Notes: generated from the sequence alone by a model not told the origin. Positions 20,540 to 31,744 are shown, numbered from the whole stretch's first letter. The stretch: 63,804 nucleotides of DNA, filler included, from Anaerolineae bacterium (GCA_029262755.1; 5 parts of 5 records of this genome joined end to end with filler, not necessarily neighbours in it), one strand, 5' to 3'. A program made the numbers and translations.

Positions 20540-21691
20540 GTGTATGACCTGCGATTGCCCCGCGAAGTCGCGCGCAAGAGGGCTCGTCGGTGGCCGCCCG
20601 TCCTTGCGCTGATCGCGCTTGCCTGTGTGTTGTGGTTGCGCGATCACCCGGCCGTCGTGCGTGAACCCTTGGCGCGCTTCCTCCCGTCGGCCACGCCCTC
20701 ACCGACCGCAACGCCGGCGGCCGCCGTGGCGCGGGCGACGGCCGAGGCCGCCCGCGTGTCCGGCGATGCGAGCGCCGCCCTCGACGCATGGGCCACCGCG
20801 GTGGATCGCGAGCCGAGCTCCGTCGAAGGCCACATCGCCCTGGCCGAGGGCTTGAGCCGCCGCCGGCTTCACGACCTGGCGCTCGCTGCGAGCGCAACGG
20901 CGGTCGCGCTCGCGCCGCGGGACGCAACGGCGCATGTCGCGCACTCGATGGCGCTCGACTGGGCGGGTAAGCCGAAAGAAGCGGTAGCGGCCGCGCTCGT
21001 GGCAATCGACCTGTCGCCGGAGGACGCGGCCGCCTACGCGGCCTTGGCCGAAGCCTACGCCGGCGACGGCCGGTGGGACCCCGCCTTGGCGGCGGCCCGT
21101 CGCGCGGTCGATCTCGACCCGACGTTGCCGTCGGTCCACCGCGCGATGGGCATGGCGCGTGAGACCAGGGGCGACGCCACGGCGGCGCTCAGCCACTATC
21201 GCGACGCCCTCGCCCTGGCGCCGAGCGACGCGGCGCTCCACGTTGACATCGGTCGTGCGCAGCGCCTCGCGGGCGAATTCGACGCCGCGCGGGAGTCCTT
21301 CCGGACCGCGTCGCGGCTGGACCCCGGCGATCCGGTTCCCTATGACCAACTCGGGCTGATGGCCTACGGGCAAGCCGATCACGACACGGCGGCCGCCTTC
21401 TTCCAACAGGCGATCAGCGCACGACCCGATTACGCGCCCGGCCACGGTCACCTCGGGTGGACCTACTACGCGCAGCTGAAGTGGCCGGATGCCGCGCGCT
21501 ACTTCGAGCGCGCGATCGAGCTCGGTGCGCGCTCGCCCGAGTACTACTACGAGCTCGGGCTCTCGCTGGTCTATCAAGGCGATTGCGACGCAGGCCGCCC
21601 GTGGTTGGAGCAGGCCTTGGTGCTGGATCCGGGCGCCGAACCCGCCGTCGAAGGCCTTCGGCTATGCCCGGAGGACGCGGACGAGGACTGA
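20540..21691 (+). CDS. Membrane-anchored TPR-repeat protein
   Basis: N-terminal TM, PT linker, many A..A..LDP helical TPR repeats. Confidence 0.85.
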   Translation: MYDLRLPREVARKRARRWPPVLALIALACVLWLRDHPAVVREPLARFLPSATPSPTATPAAAVARATAEAARVSGDASAALDAWATAVDREPSSVEGHIALAEGLSRRRLHDLALAASATAVALAPRDATAHVAHSMALDWAGKPKEAVAAALVAIDLSPEDAAAYAALAEAYAGDGRWDPALAAARRAVDLDPTLPSVHRAMGMARETRGDATAALSHYRDALALAPSDAALHVDIGRAQRLAGEFDAARESFRTASRLDPGDPVPYDQLGLMAYGQADHDTAAAFFQQAISARPDYAPGHGHLGWTYYAQLKWPDAARYFERAIELGARSPEYYYELGLSLVYQGDCDAGRPWLEQALVLDPGAEPAVEGLRLCPEDADED

Positions 21692-21788
21692 AGGGGCTCG
21701 ACCGGGCCCGTCGAAAGCCGTCTGTCGAAAACAAGACTCCGGGCGAAGCAACGCGCAATGCTCTAGCAGAGTGCTAACGGACGGGACC

Positions 21789-21818
21789 TTGCCCGGCCGC
21801 AGCGCGGCGTCCTATACT
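21789..21818 (+). promoter_or_regulatory. Putative sigma70 promoter of groESL
   Basis: TTGCCC, 18-nt spacer, TATACT directly upstream of CIRCE. Confidence 0.6.
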
Positions 21819-21822
21819 CCGG

Positions 21823-21849
21823 TTGGCACTCTCGAAGCTAGAGTGCCAG
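21823..21849 (+). promoter_or_regulatory. CIRCE element (HrcA operator)
   Basis: TTGGCACTC-N9-GAGTGCCAG vs consensus TTAGCACTC-N9-GAGTGCTAA, upstream of groES. Confidence 0.88.
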
Positions 21850-21985
21850 TACTTCCGGCGCTCGTTGCGACGAGCGCCGTCTGCATGGCGTCGCAGTGCG
21901 GCGCCGCTCCCCATTCTTCATGGGGTTCCCCATCCGATATGGGCGGCAGCGTCCGCCGTATTACCAAGGAGGCAGTGGTACAGGC

Positions 21986-22288
21986 ATGGCCGAAATGAAC
22001 CTTCAGCCCCTGGGCGATCGCGTGATCGTGGAGCCGATCGAGCAGGAAGAGATGACCGCTAGCGGCATCGTCCTGCCCGAGAGTGCCAAAGAAAAGCCGC
22101 AGCGCGGCACCATCGTCGCAGTCGGCCCCGGCCGACTCGATGAGGACGGCGACGACCGCCTTCCCATGGATGTCGCCGTCGGCGACGTCGTGATCTACGC
22201 GCAGTATGCGGGTACCACGTACAAGATGAACGACATCAAGTACCTGGTTCTCAACGAGAAGGACATCCTGGCCAAGTTCGTTTCCTAG
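21986..22288 (+). CDS. groES: Co-chaperonin GroES
   Basis: [28 protein letters not shown]. Confidence 0.97.
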   Translation: MAEMNLQPLGDRVIVEPIEQEEMTASGIVLPESAKEKPQRGTIVAVGPGRLDEDGDDRLPMDVAVGDVVIYAQYAGTTYKMNDIKYLVLNEKDILAKFVS

Positions 22289-22368
22289 GACCGTCGCTTC
22301 CGGGCACGGCGTCCGGATTCGACCGCCTGTGGTACGAACACTCGGCCCATCGACATAGGAGAACGTGA

Positions 22369-24015
<1,647 letters not shown>

Positions 24016-24100
24016 TCCCGTCGCGCCTTGCGCGCGGCGGTAGCGGCGGCTGCAAGGCAGCACGGCAGTCGTAGGAGCAACATCAGCAACATCAGCCAAC

Positions 24101-24135
24101 GAAAACGGGGTGGCCTTCGCGGGCCGCCCCGTTTC
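24101..24135. terminator. Intrinsic terminator hairpin, probably bidirectional
   Basis: GAAAACGGGGTGGCC-TTCGCG-GGCCGCCCCGTTTC followed by TGTTT, between convergent genes. Confidence 0.8.
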
Positions 24136-24187
24136 TGTTTGGTCGAAGTTCCGTTGCGACGCTGTCGTTCCGTCGCTACGCCCTCCC

Positions 24188-24580
24188 TCAGTCGCGTCCG
24201 CTATCGAGGAAGGAACCCCCCACCGCGGTGATGAGGCTGTAGATCAGCGAGCCCCACAGCGCGGGCATGAAGCCCGTCACCGTGAAGCCAAGCCCGAGCA
24301 GCCCTGCGACATAGCTCGCGATCCAGAATGCAACCGCGTTGACCACAAACGAAAACAATCCGAGGGTCATGATCTGCAACGGGCAGGTCAGAGCGGTGAG
24401 AATCGGGCGGACCAGGCTCATGACAAGGCCGAGAACGAGGGCCAGGATGGCGTACGTGGCGAAGGGACTGTCGAGGCCGAAGCCGGACGCACCGTCGGGT
24501 GCGACGCTCACGCCGTCCACAAAGTACTGGGCGGCAAAGAGCGCGGCCGCGGCGAGAACCCAGCGAAACAACATGCCCAT
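24188..24580 (-). CDS. 4-TM membrane protein, YvlD / phage holin superfamily IV-like
   Basis: LVRPILTALTCPLQIMTLGLFSFVVNAVAFW, GFMPALWGSLI. Confidence 0.85.
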   Translation of the reverse strand: MGMLFRWVLAAAALFAAQYFVDGVSVAPDGASGFGLDSPFATYAILALVLGLVMSLVRPILTALTCPLQIMTLGLFSFVVNAVAFWIASYVAGLLGLGFTVTGFMPALWGSLIYSLITAVGGSFLDSGRD

Positions 24581-24835
24581 CGGCGATCTCCTGGAAGGGT
24601 GCTGACGAATTCGAAGAACGCGTCCGCGGTCATTGGAAGGGCGAACAAGAACGGTGACCGCGGAGCGACAAGGACGCTGGACCACGCGCCCAGGCGCTCG
24701 AAGGGTGCGTCCGGGGACGGTGTGCGTCAACCCGCCGTTCTTCGGGCGCTTTCGCCGCGCCATGTACAATCCGGGCCCCCGATGCCCGTCGTTGGGCATC
24801 GATGCGCCACCAACCCACCAGGCGAGCCGAAACCC

Positions 24836-25669
24836 ATGCGCGACAAGTCCCGCTCCAAACGCCGTATTCTACGCCGACCCAAGAACGGCGGCCCGCGACC
24901 GGACGGCATCATCATCAAGACGCCCGCCCAGATCGAAGCCATGGCGCGTTCCGGCCGCCTCGTTGCCGACTGCTTCGCGCTGTTGGGCGATGCGATCCAA
25001 CCCGGCATCCGCTTGGACGAGCTTGACGAGCGCGTCGAGGCGCTCATCGCAGAGCGCGGCGCGTTGCCGCTATACAAGGGCTATCAGGGCAGCCCGCCAA
25101 GCCATCCGCCCTTCCCCGGCGTGATCTGCGCGTCGGTGAACGAGGAGGTCTGCCACGGAATCCCCGGACCCCGCGCCCTCGAGGAGGGCGACATCGTCGG
25201 CATCGACATCGGTTTGCGCTACGAGGGCTGGTGCGGCGACTCGTGCGTGACCTTCCCCGTCGGCAAGGTCTCCACCGAGGCCGATCACCTGCTGACGATC
25301 ACGCGTGAGTGCATGGAGCGCGGCATCCGGATGGCCCGCGCGGGCAACCGTCTCGGCGACCTCGGCCACGCGATCCAGCGCCACGCCGAGCGCAACGACT
25401 GCAGCGTGGTTCGCGTGTGGGGCGGCCATGGCATCGGGGAGAGCCTGCACGAGCCACCCTCCGTGTCGCATACGGGGGAACGCGGTCAGGGCTTGCTGCT
25501 GGAGGAGGGCATGGTCTTCACGATCGAGCCCATGATCAACGCCGGCGCGCACGAGTGGGAGATCCTCGACGACGGATGGACCGTGGTCACGTGCGACGGC
25601 GCCCTCTCGGCGCAGTTCGAGCACACGATTGCGATCACGCCCCACGGCCCGCGGATCCTCTCTGCCTAA
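24836..25669 (+). CDS. map: Type I methionine aminopeptidase
   Basis: CASVNEEVCHGIP, GDIVGIDIG, GHGIG..LHEPP, FTIEPMIN, SAQFEHTI. Confidence 0.95.
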   Translation: MRDKSRSKRRILRRPKNGGPRPDGIIIKTPAQIEAMARSGRLVADCFALLGDAIQPGIRLDELDERVEALIAERGALPLYKGYQGSPPSHPPFPGVICASVNEEVCHGIPGPRALEEGDIVGIDIGLRYEGWCGDSCVTFPVGKVSTEADHLLTITRECMERGIRMARAGNRLGDLGHAIQRHAERNDCSVVRVWGGHGIGESLHEPPSVSHTGERGQGLLLEEGMVFTIEPMINAGAHEWEILDDGWTVVTCDGALSAQFEHTIAITPHGPRILSA

Positions 25670-25932
25670 AGGCTGTGCGGGGAGTCGAGCGTCGGCGCGT
25701 CGCACGACGTTCTCGACGCAGGCGTGCCGAGCTCGCAGCCTCCCTCGCCGCATCCTACTGGCTCGATCGAAGGGGGCCGGGTCGATCATACGGGTCCGGT
25801 CGCCCGACCTGTGTTCCCGTGCGGACCTACCGTAACGATATCTCGATCGCAGCGCTCGTGCTGCGGCGCTTCGACTCGATGATCGGCCAGTCCCGTGTTT
25901 CGCGCTGCGTCGCCCTATGCTACCCTGGCGCT

Positions 25933-26113
25933 CGGCGCTCGCGGGGCGCCGCCCGTCCGCGGAAAGGGACACAGTCCCACCCGCCTTCGCTGTATGCGAA
26001 GCACCCATGTGTGACTTCCTTCTCGTACTTGGTCCAGCCCGTGCCAACAGGCCGGCCGATGTACGAAGCCCGAACGGTGCGGACGCCGGGCTACGCGGCC
26101 GAAGGAGGCTCGC
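25933..26113 (+). ncRNA. Candidate structured cis-regulatory leader RNA of the ankyrin gene
   Basis: Five local hairpins, a long-range CGTCCGC/GCGGACG pairing and an anti-SD CTTCCTTC complementary to GAAGGAGG; extended -10-like TGCTACCCT at 25918-25926. Confidence 0.5.
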
Positions 26114-27847
26114 ATGTCCCAGGATGCCATCCCTGCCTCGACCCCGGAGCGCTCGCTCCCGCCCCGCCCCAACCTCGATCGCCTGAAGGACGAGGCGCGT
26201 CGCAGACAGCGCGACGGCGAGTTCGCCGTCCGAGCCGACGCCCTGTTCGCGATTGCACGAGAGCACGGTTTCTCGAGCTGGCCGGCGCTCAAGGTCCATG
26301 TCGAGGCCATGCGCACCGCCGCATCCGACCGGCTCGACGTCCTGCTCGACGCCGTCGTTCCGCGCCCGACCACCGATCATCGCGGCGGCTCGCTGCAGCG
26401 TGTCGACGCGCTCCTGGCGGTCGATCCCGGCCTGGCCGGCGCGAGCATCGCCGCTGCCGCGGCCACCGGTGACACCTCCGCCGTCGCATCGTTCGTCGGC
26501 CGGGACCCGGCCCTAGCCGCCCAACCGAGCGGCCCTCGCGCGTGGCCTCCGCTGCTGTATGCGTGCTTCTCGCGCGTTCTTCAGCACCATCCGGAGAGGC
26601 AGCCTGACTTCGACACCGTCGTCGCGCTGCTACTTGCTGCGGGCGCGGACGCAAACGCGAGCTTCCACAATCCCGAGGACCCGGTGGGCACCGAAACGGC
26701 CTTGTACGGTGCTTCCTCCGTGGTGCGCAGTCCTTCGATCACGCGTCGTCTGCTCGAGGCCGGTGCAAGCGCAGACGACGAAGAGGTCGCCTATCACGTG
26801 CCGGCCCACCCCCCTTGTCTGGCGGTGTGGCTGGATCACGCGCCACCAGCGAAGCTGCTGACCACGGCCCTGCTGCGCACCCTGGACTTTGATGACATCG
26901 CGGCTACACGTCTGGTTCTGGCCCGCGGCGGCGATCCCGCGGCCGCGGGCATTTGGTCCGGGCGCACCGCGTTACACATGGCTGTCGACCGCTGGAAGTC
27001 CATGGAGTTCACCGAACTCCTGTTGGCCCATGGCGCGGACCCCAACAAGGCGGATCTGCACGGCGTGACCCCCTACGCCCTCGCCATGCGCCTCGGCCGC
27101 AGCGACATCGCGGCCCGCCTGCGCGAGGCTGGTGCGCGCGATGAGCTGGCACCGCGCGACCGCTACGTGGCCGCATGTGCCGCTGGGGACCGCGCGGCGG
27201 CAGACGCGATACTCGCCGCGGACCCCACGTTGCGCGACTCCCTGCGCATCGCCGACCACTGGGTCCTGGCCGAAGCCGCCAAGGCCGGCCGCCTCGACGC
27301 GGTTGCGCTCATGCTCGACATGGGCTTCGACCTGCGCCAGGGCCAGCACGGATACACCCCGCTCCATTGGGCGGCCTTCCACGGCCACAGCGCGGTCGTC
27401 GAGCTCCTGCTGGAGCGCGGCGCCGATCCGTCGCTGCGGGACCCGCACTATCACAGCGCCGCCTGGGGCTGGGCCGAACACTCGGGCCACGAAGCCCTCG
27501 GCATCCGCTTGCTGCGCGCCGGCGCCGAGCGGGGAAGTCTGATCGCGGCCGTGGCGCTGGACGACGGCGAGCGCGTGGATGCGCTCTTGGCCGCGGATCC
27601 CGCGGCGGCGGCGCGGAGCGACGGCTGGCTGTCCCCGTTGCACGTCGCGGCCGCGATGGGCCGTTTAGCGCTGATGGAGCGCCTCGTCGCGGCAGGCGCG
27701 GTGCTCGACGCTCCCGGCGGCGACGGGATGACGCCGCTGGAGCGCGCGCTCGATCAGGGCCAGGACGAGGCGGCGGCGTGGTTGCGCGCTCGGGGGGCGG
27801 CAGAGCCGAGGGTGCCGATTGCGGGGGCCGAGAAGGGGCAAGGTTGA
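26114..27847 (+). CDS. Ankyrin-repeat protein with small N-terminal helical domain
   Basis: N-terminal SLPPRPNLDRLKDEARR...AIAREHGFSSWPALKVHVE; ankyrin repeats GRTALHMA, GYTPLHWAAFHGH, SPLHVAAAMG. Confidence 0.9.
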   Translation: MSQDAIPASTPERSLPPRPNLDRLKDEARRRQRDGEFAVRADALFAIAREHGFSSWPALKVHVEAMRTAASDRLDVLLDAVVPRPTTDHRGGSLQRVDALLAVDPGLAGASIAAAAATGDTSAVASFVGRDPALAAQPSGPRAWPPLLYACFSRVLQHHPERQPDFDTVVALLLAAGADANASFHNPEDPVGTETALYGASSVVRSPSITRRLLEAGASADDEEVAYHVPAHPPCLAVWLDHAPPAKLLTTALLRTLDFDDIAATRLVLARGGDPAAAGIWSGRTALHMAVDRWKSMEFTELLLAHGADPNKADLHGVTPYALAMRLGRSDIAARLREAGARDELAPRDRYVAACAAGDRAAADAILAADPTLRDSLRIADHWVLAEAAKAGRLDAVALMLDMGFDLRQGQHGYTPLHWAAFHGHSAVVELLLERGADPSLRDPHYHSAAWGWAEHSGHEALGIRLLRAGAERGSLIAAVALDDGERVDALLAADPAAAARSDGWLSPLHVAAAMGRLALMERLVAAGAVLDAPGGDGMTPLERALDQGQDEAAAWLRARGAAEPRVPIAGAEKGQG

Positions 27848-27927
27848 ACAGGGGCGCAGGTCGGCGCGCTTCGCCTCGCTCACCCTACCCAATTGGCCAA
27901 TACCATTCGCCCCCTTAAGCTTGCGAC

Positions 27928-28422
27928 ATGCCGATTGCCAACCCCTTCAGCCGCTTCCTGCGCACCCGCCTGGCGGACGCCGTGACCTCCGGATCCTCCG
28001 GAATCGGCGTCGCGGGCGACACGGATTCCCGCGAGGACTCCGCTGCGCCCGTCACCGGCGTTGCGCGGGAGACCGCCGAGCTCGAAGCCTTCGCCCGCTA
28101 CTGGGACGACGTCGAGACGCTGATCATCCAGGTGTACCGACGGCCCGGTGCACGGCGTGCGGATCGGCGCGATTGGCTATTGCTACGCGAGGACTTCGAA
28201 GCGATGTACGCCGCCGTCGCAGACACGCTCGAGCCTCATTGGCGGGGCGTGCTGGCCGGTGGCGCACCGTTGAACGCGGACCCGTTTCGCTCGTTGTTGG
28301 ACGCGGAATCCGCCCGCGCCTTCGCGGACGACTGGAACGCAATGCAGCGACTGCCCGCCGCACGTGAGGCGCTCAACCGAAGGCTGCTCGCTCTCAGCAC
28401 GCTCGTGGAGGGCAGGACCTAG
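27928..28422 (+). CDS. Hypothetical protein
   Basis: Clean ORF filling the gap; Trp-containing helical C-half (WNAMQRLPAAREALNR). Confidence 0.7.
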   Translation: MPIANPFSRFLRTRLADAVTSGSSGIGVAGDTDSREDSAAPVTGVARETAELEAFARYWDDVETLIIQVYRRPGARRADRRDWLLLREDFEAMYAAVADTLEPHWRGVLAGGAPLNADPFRSLLDAESARAFADDWNAMQRLPAAREALNRRLLALSTLVEGRT

Positions 28423-28603
28423 CGAACGGCCTCGGCTTCAACGCGGCCGTAACGGGTCGCGTTCTTCGCATACCCTACACACGGCACCGCATTATTGGCA
28501 CCGCTCCGACGTCGGACGTCCCATTCCGGTCGCCTGCAATCGGCCACCCGCGCGTTGCCAACGCCGGACCGTATTCCTCGCATCGCAGCCAGGAGCTTGT
28601 TGC

Positions 28604-30112
28604 ATGACCATCGACCTGAACCGGCCGTCCTCGAACGGCAGCCCGGCTGCGCTCGCCTCGTCCCCAACGCCGCAATCCGAGACGGACTCGGCAGCCGCGA
28701 CAACCGCGGCAGCCACGACAGCCGCGCCGACCGATCTCGACCCGGCGGACCTCCTCGCGCGCTTTCGCAGCGTGCGCGCCCTCACCGAGCATCTGTGCGA
28801 GCCGCTCGAGGTCGAGGACTACGTTATCCAAACGATGCCGGATGTCAGTCCCGCCAAGTGGCATCTCGCGCACACGACGTGGTTCTTCGAGACCTTCCTG
28901 CTTCAGGCGCACGCCTCTGGCTACGAGGTACTGCATCCGATGTACAACTACCTCTTCAACTCCTACTACAACGCGGTCGGCTACCGGCATTGTCGCCCGA
29001 AGCGCGGCCTGATCTCGCGCCCGACGGTGGCCGAGATCTATGACTATCGCCGTTATGTCGATCAACATGTCGAGCAATTCGTCGAAGAGGTCGATCCCGC
29101 TACCTGGGCCGCGGCCGCATCCGTGCTCGAGCTCGGCCTGCACCACGAGCAGCAGCACCAAGAGCTGATGCTCATGGACCTCAAGCACGTATTCAGCGAG
29201 AACCCGCTGTTCCCCGCGTATCGTGAGCGAGACACGGTCGAGAAGACGAGGAGCGTGAACAACGCCCCGTCGGCGCCGACCGCCCTGCGTTGGATCGACC
29301 ATCCGGGCGGCATCTCGTGGACCGGGCACGCCGACGACGATCCCGGCTTTCACTTCGACAACGAAGGTCCGCGGCACCGCGTCTGGCTCGAGCCCTTCTC
29401 GATCGCTTCGCGAATGGTGACCAACGCCGAATACCTGGCCTTCATCGCCGACGGCGGCTACGAGCGGCCCGAGCTGTGGCTGTCCCTCGGCTGGGACTGG
29501 GCTCAGCGCGAAGGCTGGACAGCGCCGCTGTACTGGCAGGATCACGGAGCGGGCGCGGGCACAGATACAGGCTCGTTCGCGGATACGGGCACGGCCACGG
29601 AACGGGACGCCCCGTCCGCGGATATCGCCGATTGGAAGCTGATGACCTTGGCCGGCGTGCTCGCGCTCGATCCGGAAGAGCCCGTCGTCCACCTCAGCTA
29701 CTTCGAGGCCGATGCCTACGCTACGTGGGCGGGCGCGCGGCTGCCGACCGAGCATGAATGGGAAGCCGTGGCGGCGGAGCGGCCGATCCGCGGCAACCTC
29801 GTCGAGTCCGGCCGCTACCATCCCGCCGCGACCCCGGCCCCGGCCGAGGCGCGAACATCGGACGACGTCCAGCAGCTTTTCGGCGAGGCATGGGAGTGGA
29901 CGGCAAGCGCATACGCGCCCTATCCCGGATATCGTCCCGCGGAGGGCGCGCTCGGCGAATACAACGGCAAGTTCATGAGCAACCAATACGTGCTACGCGG
30001 CGGTTCGTGCGCGACGTCGCATAGCCACCTACGCGCCACCTATCGCAACTTCTTCCCACCGGACGCTCGGTGGCCTTTCACCGGCCTGCGCCTGGCCAAG
30101 GACGCCGGTTGA
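28604..30112 (+). CDS. egtB: Ergothioneine sulfoxide synthase EgtB (type II-like)
   Basis: SPAKWHLAHTTWFFE, NSYY, HHEQQHQEL iron ligands, FGE-sulfatase domain, GEYNGKFM. Confidence 0.93.
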   Translation: MTIDLNRPSSNGSPAALASSPTPQSETDSAAATTAAATTAAPTDLDPADLLARFRSVRALTEHLCEPLEVEDYVIQTMPDVSPAKWHLAHTTWFFETFLLQAHASGYEVLHPMYNYLFNSYYNAVGYRHCRPKRGLISRPTVAEIYDYRRYVDQHVEQFVEEVDPATWAAAASVLELGLHHEQQHQELMLMDLKHVFSENPLFPAYRERDTVEKTRSVNNAPSAPTALRWIDHPGGISWTGHADDDPGFHFDNEGPRHRVWLEPFSIASRMVTNAEYLAFIADGGYERPELWLSLGWDWAQREGWTAPLYWQDHGAGAGTDTGSFADTGTATERDAPSADIADWKLMTLAGVLALDPEEPVVHLSYFEADAYATWAGARLPTEHEWEAVAAERPIRGNLVESGRYHPAATPAPAEARTSDDVQQLFGEAWEWTASAYAPYPGYRPAEGALGEYNGKFMSNQYVLRGGSCATSHSHLRATYRNFFPPDARWPFTGLRLAKDAG

Positions 30113-31137
30113 TGGCTGAGCCGACGAGCCCGTCCATCGAGCTGCTCGACCTGCACCCGCCCGCCGGAGACTTGCGCGCCGACGTGCTGGCCGGGCTTGC
30201 GGGAGACCTACCGGGTGCGGCGAGCGACGCGCCCGCACGGCGCATTCCGCCAAAATGGTTCTACGACGAACGCGGTTCGGCGCTCTTCGACGCGATCTGC
30301 GACCTGGACGAGTACTACCCGACGCGCACGGAGCTGGCCATCACCCGCGATTGCGGCGGCGAGATGTCCATGCACATCGGGCCGCGCGCGCTGCTGGTGG
30401 AATACGGCAGCGGATCGAGCATCAAGACGCGCGTGTTATTGGCGCATTTGCGCGACCCAGCCGGCTATGTGCCCATCGATATCTCGCGCGATCACCTGCG
30501 CGCCTCGGCGGCCCGCTTAGCCGCGGAGTTCCCGGGTCTCGAAGTCCTTCCCGTCTGCGCGGATTACACCCGACCATTGGACTTGCCCTCGCCCAGCCGC
30601 ATTCCGGGTCGCACGGTGATCTACTTCCCCGGTTCGACCATCGGCAACTTCGTGCCCGCGGATGCGGTCGATTTCCTGCGCGTTGCCCACGATGAGGCCG
30701 GGCCGGCCGGACAGCTGCTGATCGGCGTCGATCTGGTCAAGGACCCGGCCGTGTTGGTGCCCGCCTACGACGACCCGCGCGGCGTCACCGCCGCGTTCAA
30801 CAAGAACCTGCTCACACGGATCAATCGTGAGGTGGGCGCGGACTTCGATCCCGACGCCTTCGCGCATCGCGCCTCGTGGTGGCAGGATCCCGCGGTTGAA
30901 GGGCGGGGCCGGGTCGAGATCGAGCTGGTCAGCCGCCTCGAGCAAACCGCCACCGTCGATGGGCACGCGTTCACGTTCGCGGAAGGAGAGAGCATCCTGA
31001 CCGAATATTCCTACAAGTATTCGACCACCGCCTTTGCGCAGTTGGCCGCCCAGGCGGGATGGTCCGTCGTGCGTGTATGGACCGACCCCAATCGGCTCTT
31101 TAGCGTCCAGCTCCTCGATCGAAGCGAGGCCCGCTGA
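30112..31137 (+). CDS. egtD: L-histidine N-alpha-trimethyltransferase EgtD
   Basis: PPKWFYDERGSALF, YYPTRTE, EYGSGSSIKT, GSTIGNF, TEYSYKY; TGATG coupling to egtB. Confidence 0.93.
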   Translation: MAEPTSPSIELLDLHPPAGDLRADVLAGLAGDLPGAASDAPARRIPPKWFYDERGSALFDAICDLDEYYPTRTELAITRDCGGEMSMHIGPRALLVEYGSGSSIKTRVLLAHLRDPAGYVPIDISRDHLRASAARLAAEFPGLEVLPVCADYTRPLDLPSPSRIPGRTVIYFPGSTIGNFVPADAVDFLRVAHDEAGPAGQLLIGVDLVKDPAVLVPAYDDPRGVTAAFNKNLLTRINREVGADFDPDAFAHRASWWQDPAVEGRGRVEIELVSRLEQTATVDGHAFTFAEGESILTEYSYKYSTTAFAQLAAQAGWSVVRVWTDPNRLFSVQLLDRSEAR

Positions 31138-31460
31138 TGCGTACGCCTGCGGGCACCGAATGCCCCCACTACTACGAGGACTTCAACCGCGGCCGGCAAA
31201 CGCAGGAGTGTCGGCTGGTGCAGCGCAATCGCGCATCCCTGCCCTGGCGCCCTGCCGATTGTGAGCGCTGCCCGGTGCCCGAGATATTGCGTACGAACCG
31301 ATCCTCCGATCTGCGCCTTGAACTCACGATCGAGAAGCGCTTCGGATTCTTTCGGCGCAATCGCGTGGAGGCATACTGCCTGGCCCACGTGCGCGGCGTC
31401 TCGGATCCCATCCGCGGTTGTCCGGACTGCGCCGCGGATCGCAGCCAGGTCGCCCCCTAA
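31137..31460 (+). CDS. Small Cys-rich hypothetical protein
   Basis: 7 Cys including CERC and CPDC; TGATG-coupled to egtD. Confidence 0.75.
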   Translation: MRTPAGTECPHYYEDFNRGRQTQECRLVQRNRASLPWRPADCERCPVPEILRTNRSSDLRLELTIEKRFGFFRRNRVEAYCLAHVRGVSDPIRGCPDCAADRSQVAP

Positions 31461-31519
31461 GCCCACTCGAGACGGCGCAAGATGGGCGCGACCGTGTCGC
31501 CGGAACGGCGCGGGTCTCC

Positions 31520-31547
31520 TTGCGGGGCGGTGGGCGGGCACTATAAT
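31520..31547 (+). promoter_or_regulatory. Putative sigma70 promoter of ilvE
   Basis: TTGCGG, 16-nt spacer, TATAAT (31542-31547). Confidence 0.55.
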
Positions 31548-31744
31548 CGGAATCGTCGCCCCGTTTCGTTGGCAGCCGAGTGGGGTAGGCCGCCGCAGCG
31601 TAGTCACGCACCGCCGGAAGGAGTCCGTCCGGCGTCGCACACCCGCGGCGCGATGGAGTTCCGTCGCGCCGTTTGCGGTTCCCTAGGCACCGCGAGCCCT
31701 CCCCAGGGGCCGCAACGTGCCACGAATTTGAATGGAGCGCGCAC

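Noticed and set aside
24188..24580. Holin as evidence of a prophage
   Set aside because: YvlD-like family is common in chromosomes; no phage genes nearby
28604..30112. Selenoneine (senA) or ovothiol (ovoA) gene
   Set aside because: No senB/selD nearby, no fused C-terminal methyltransferase, and coupled to egtD
31683..31695. T-box in the ilvE leader (GGCACCGCG)
   Set aside because: Lacks the UGGN bulge, a recognisable stem I and a terminator
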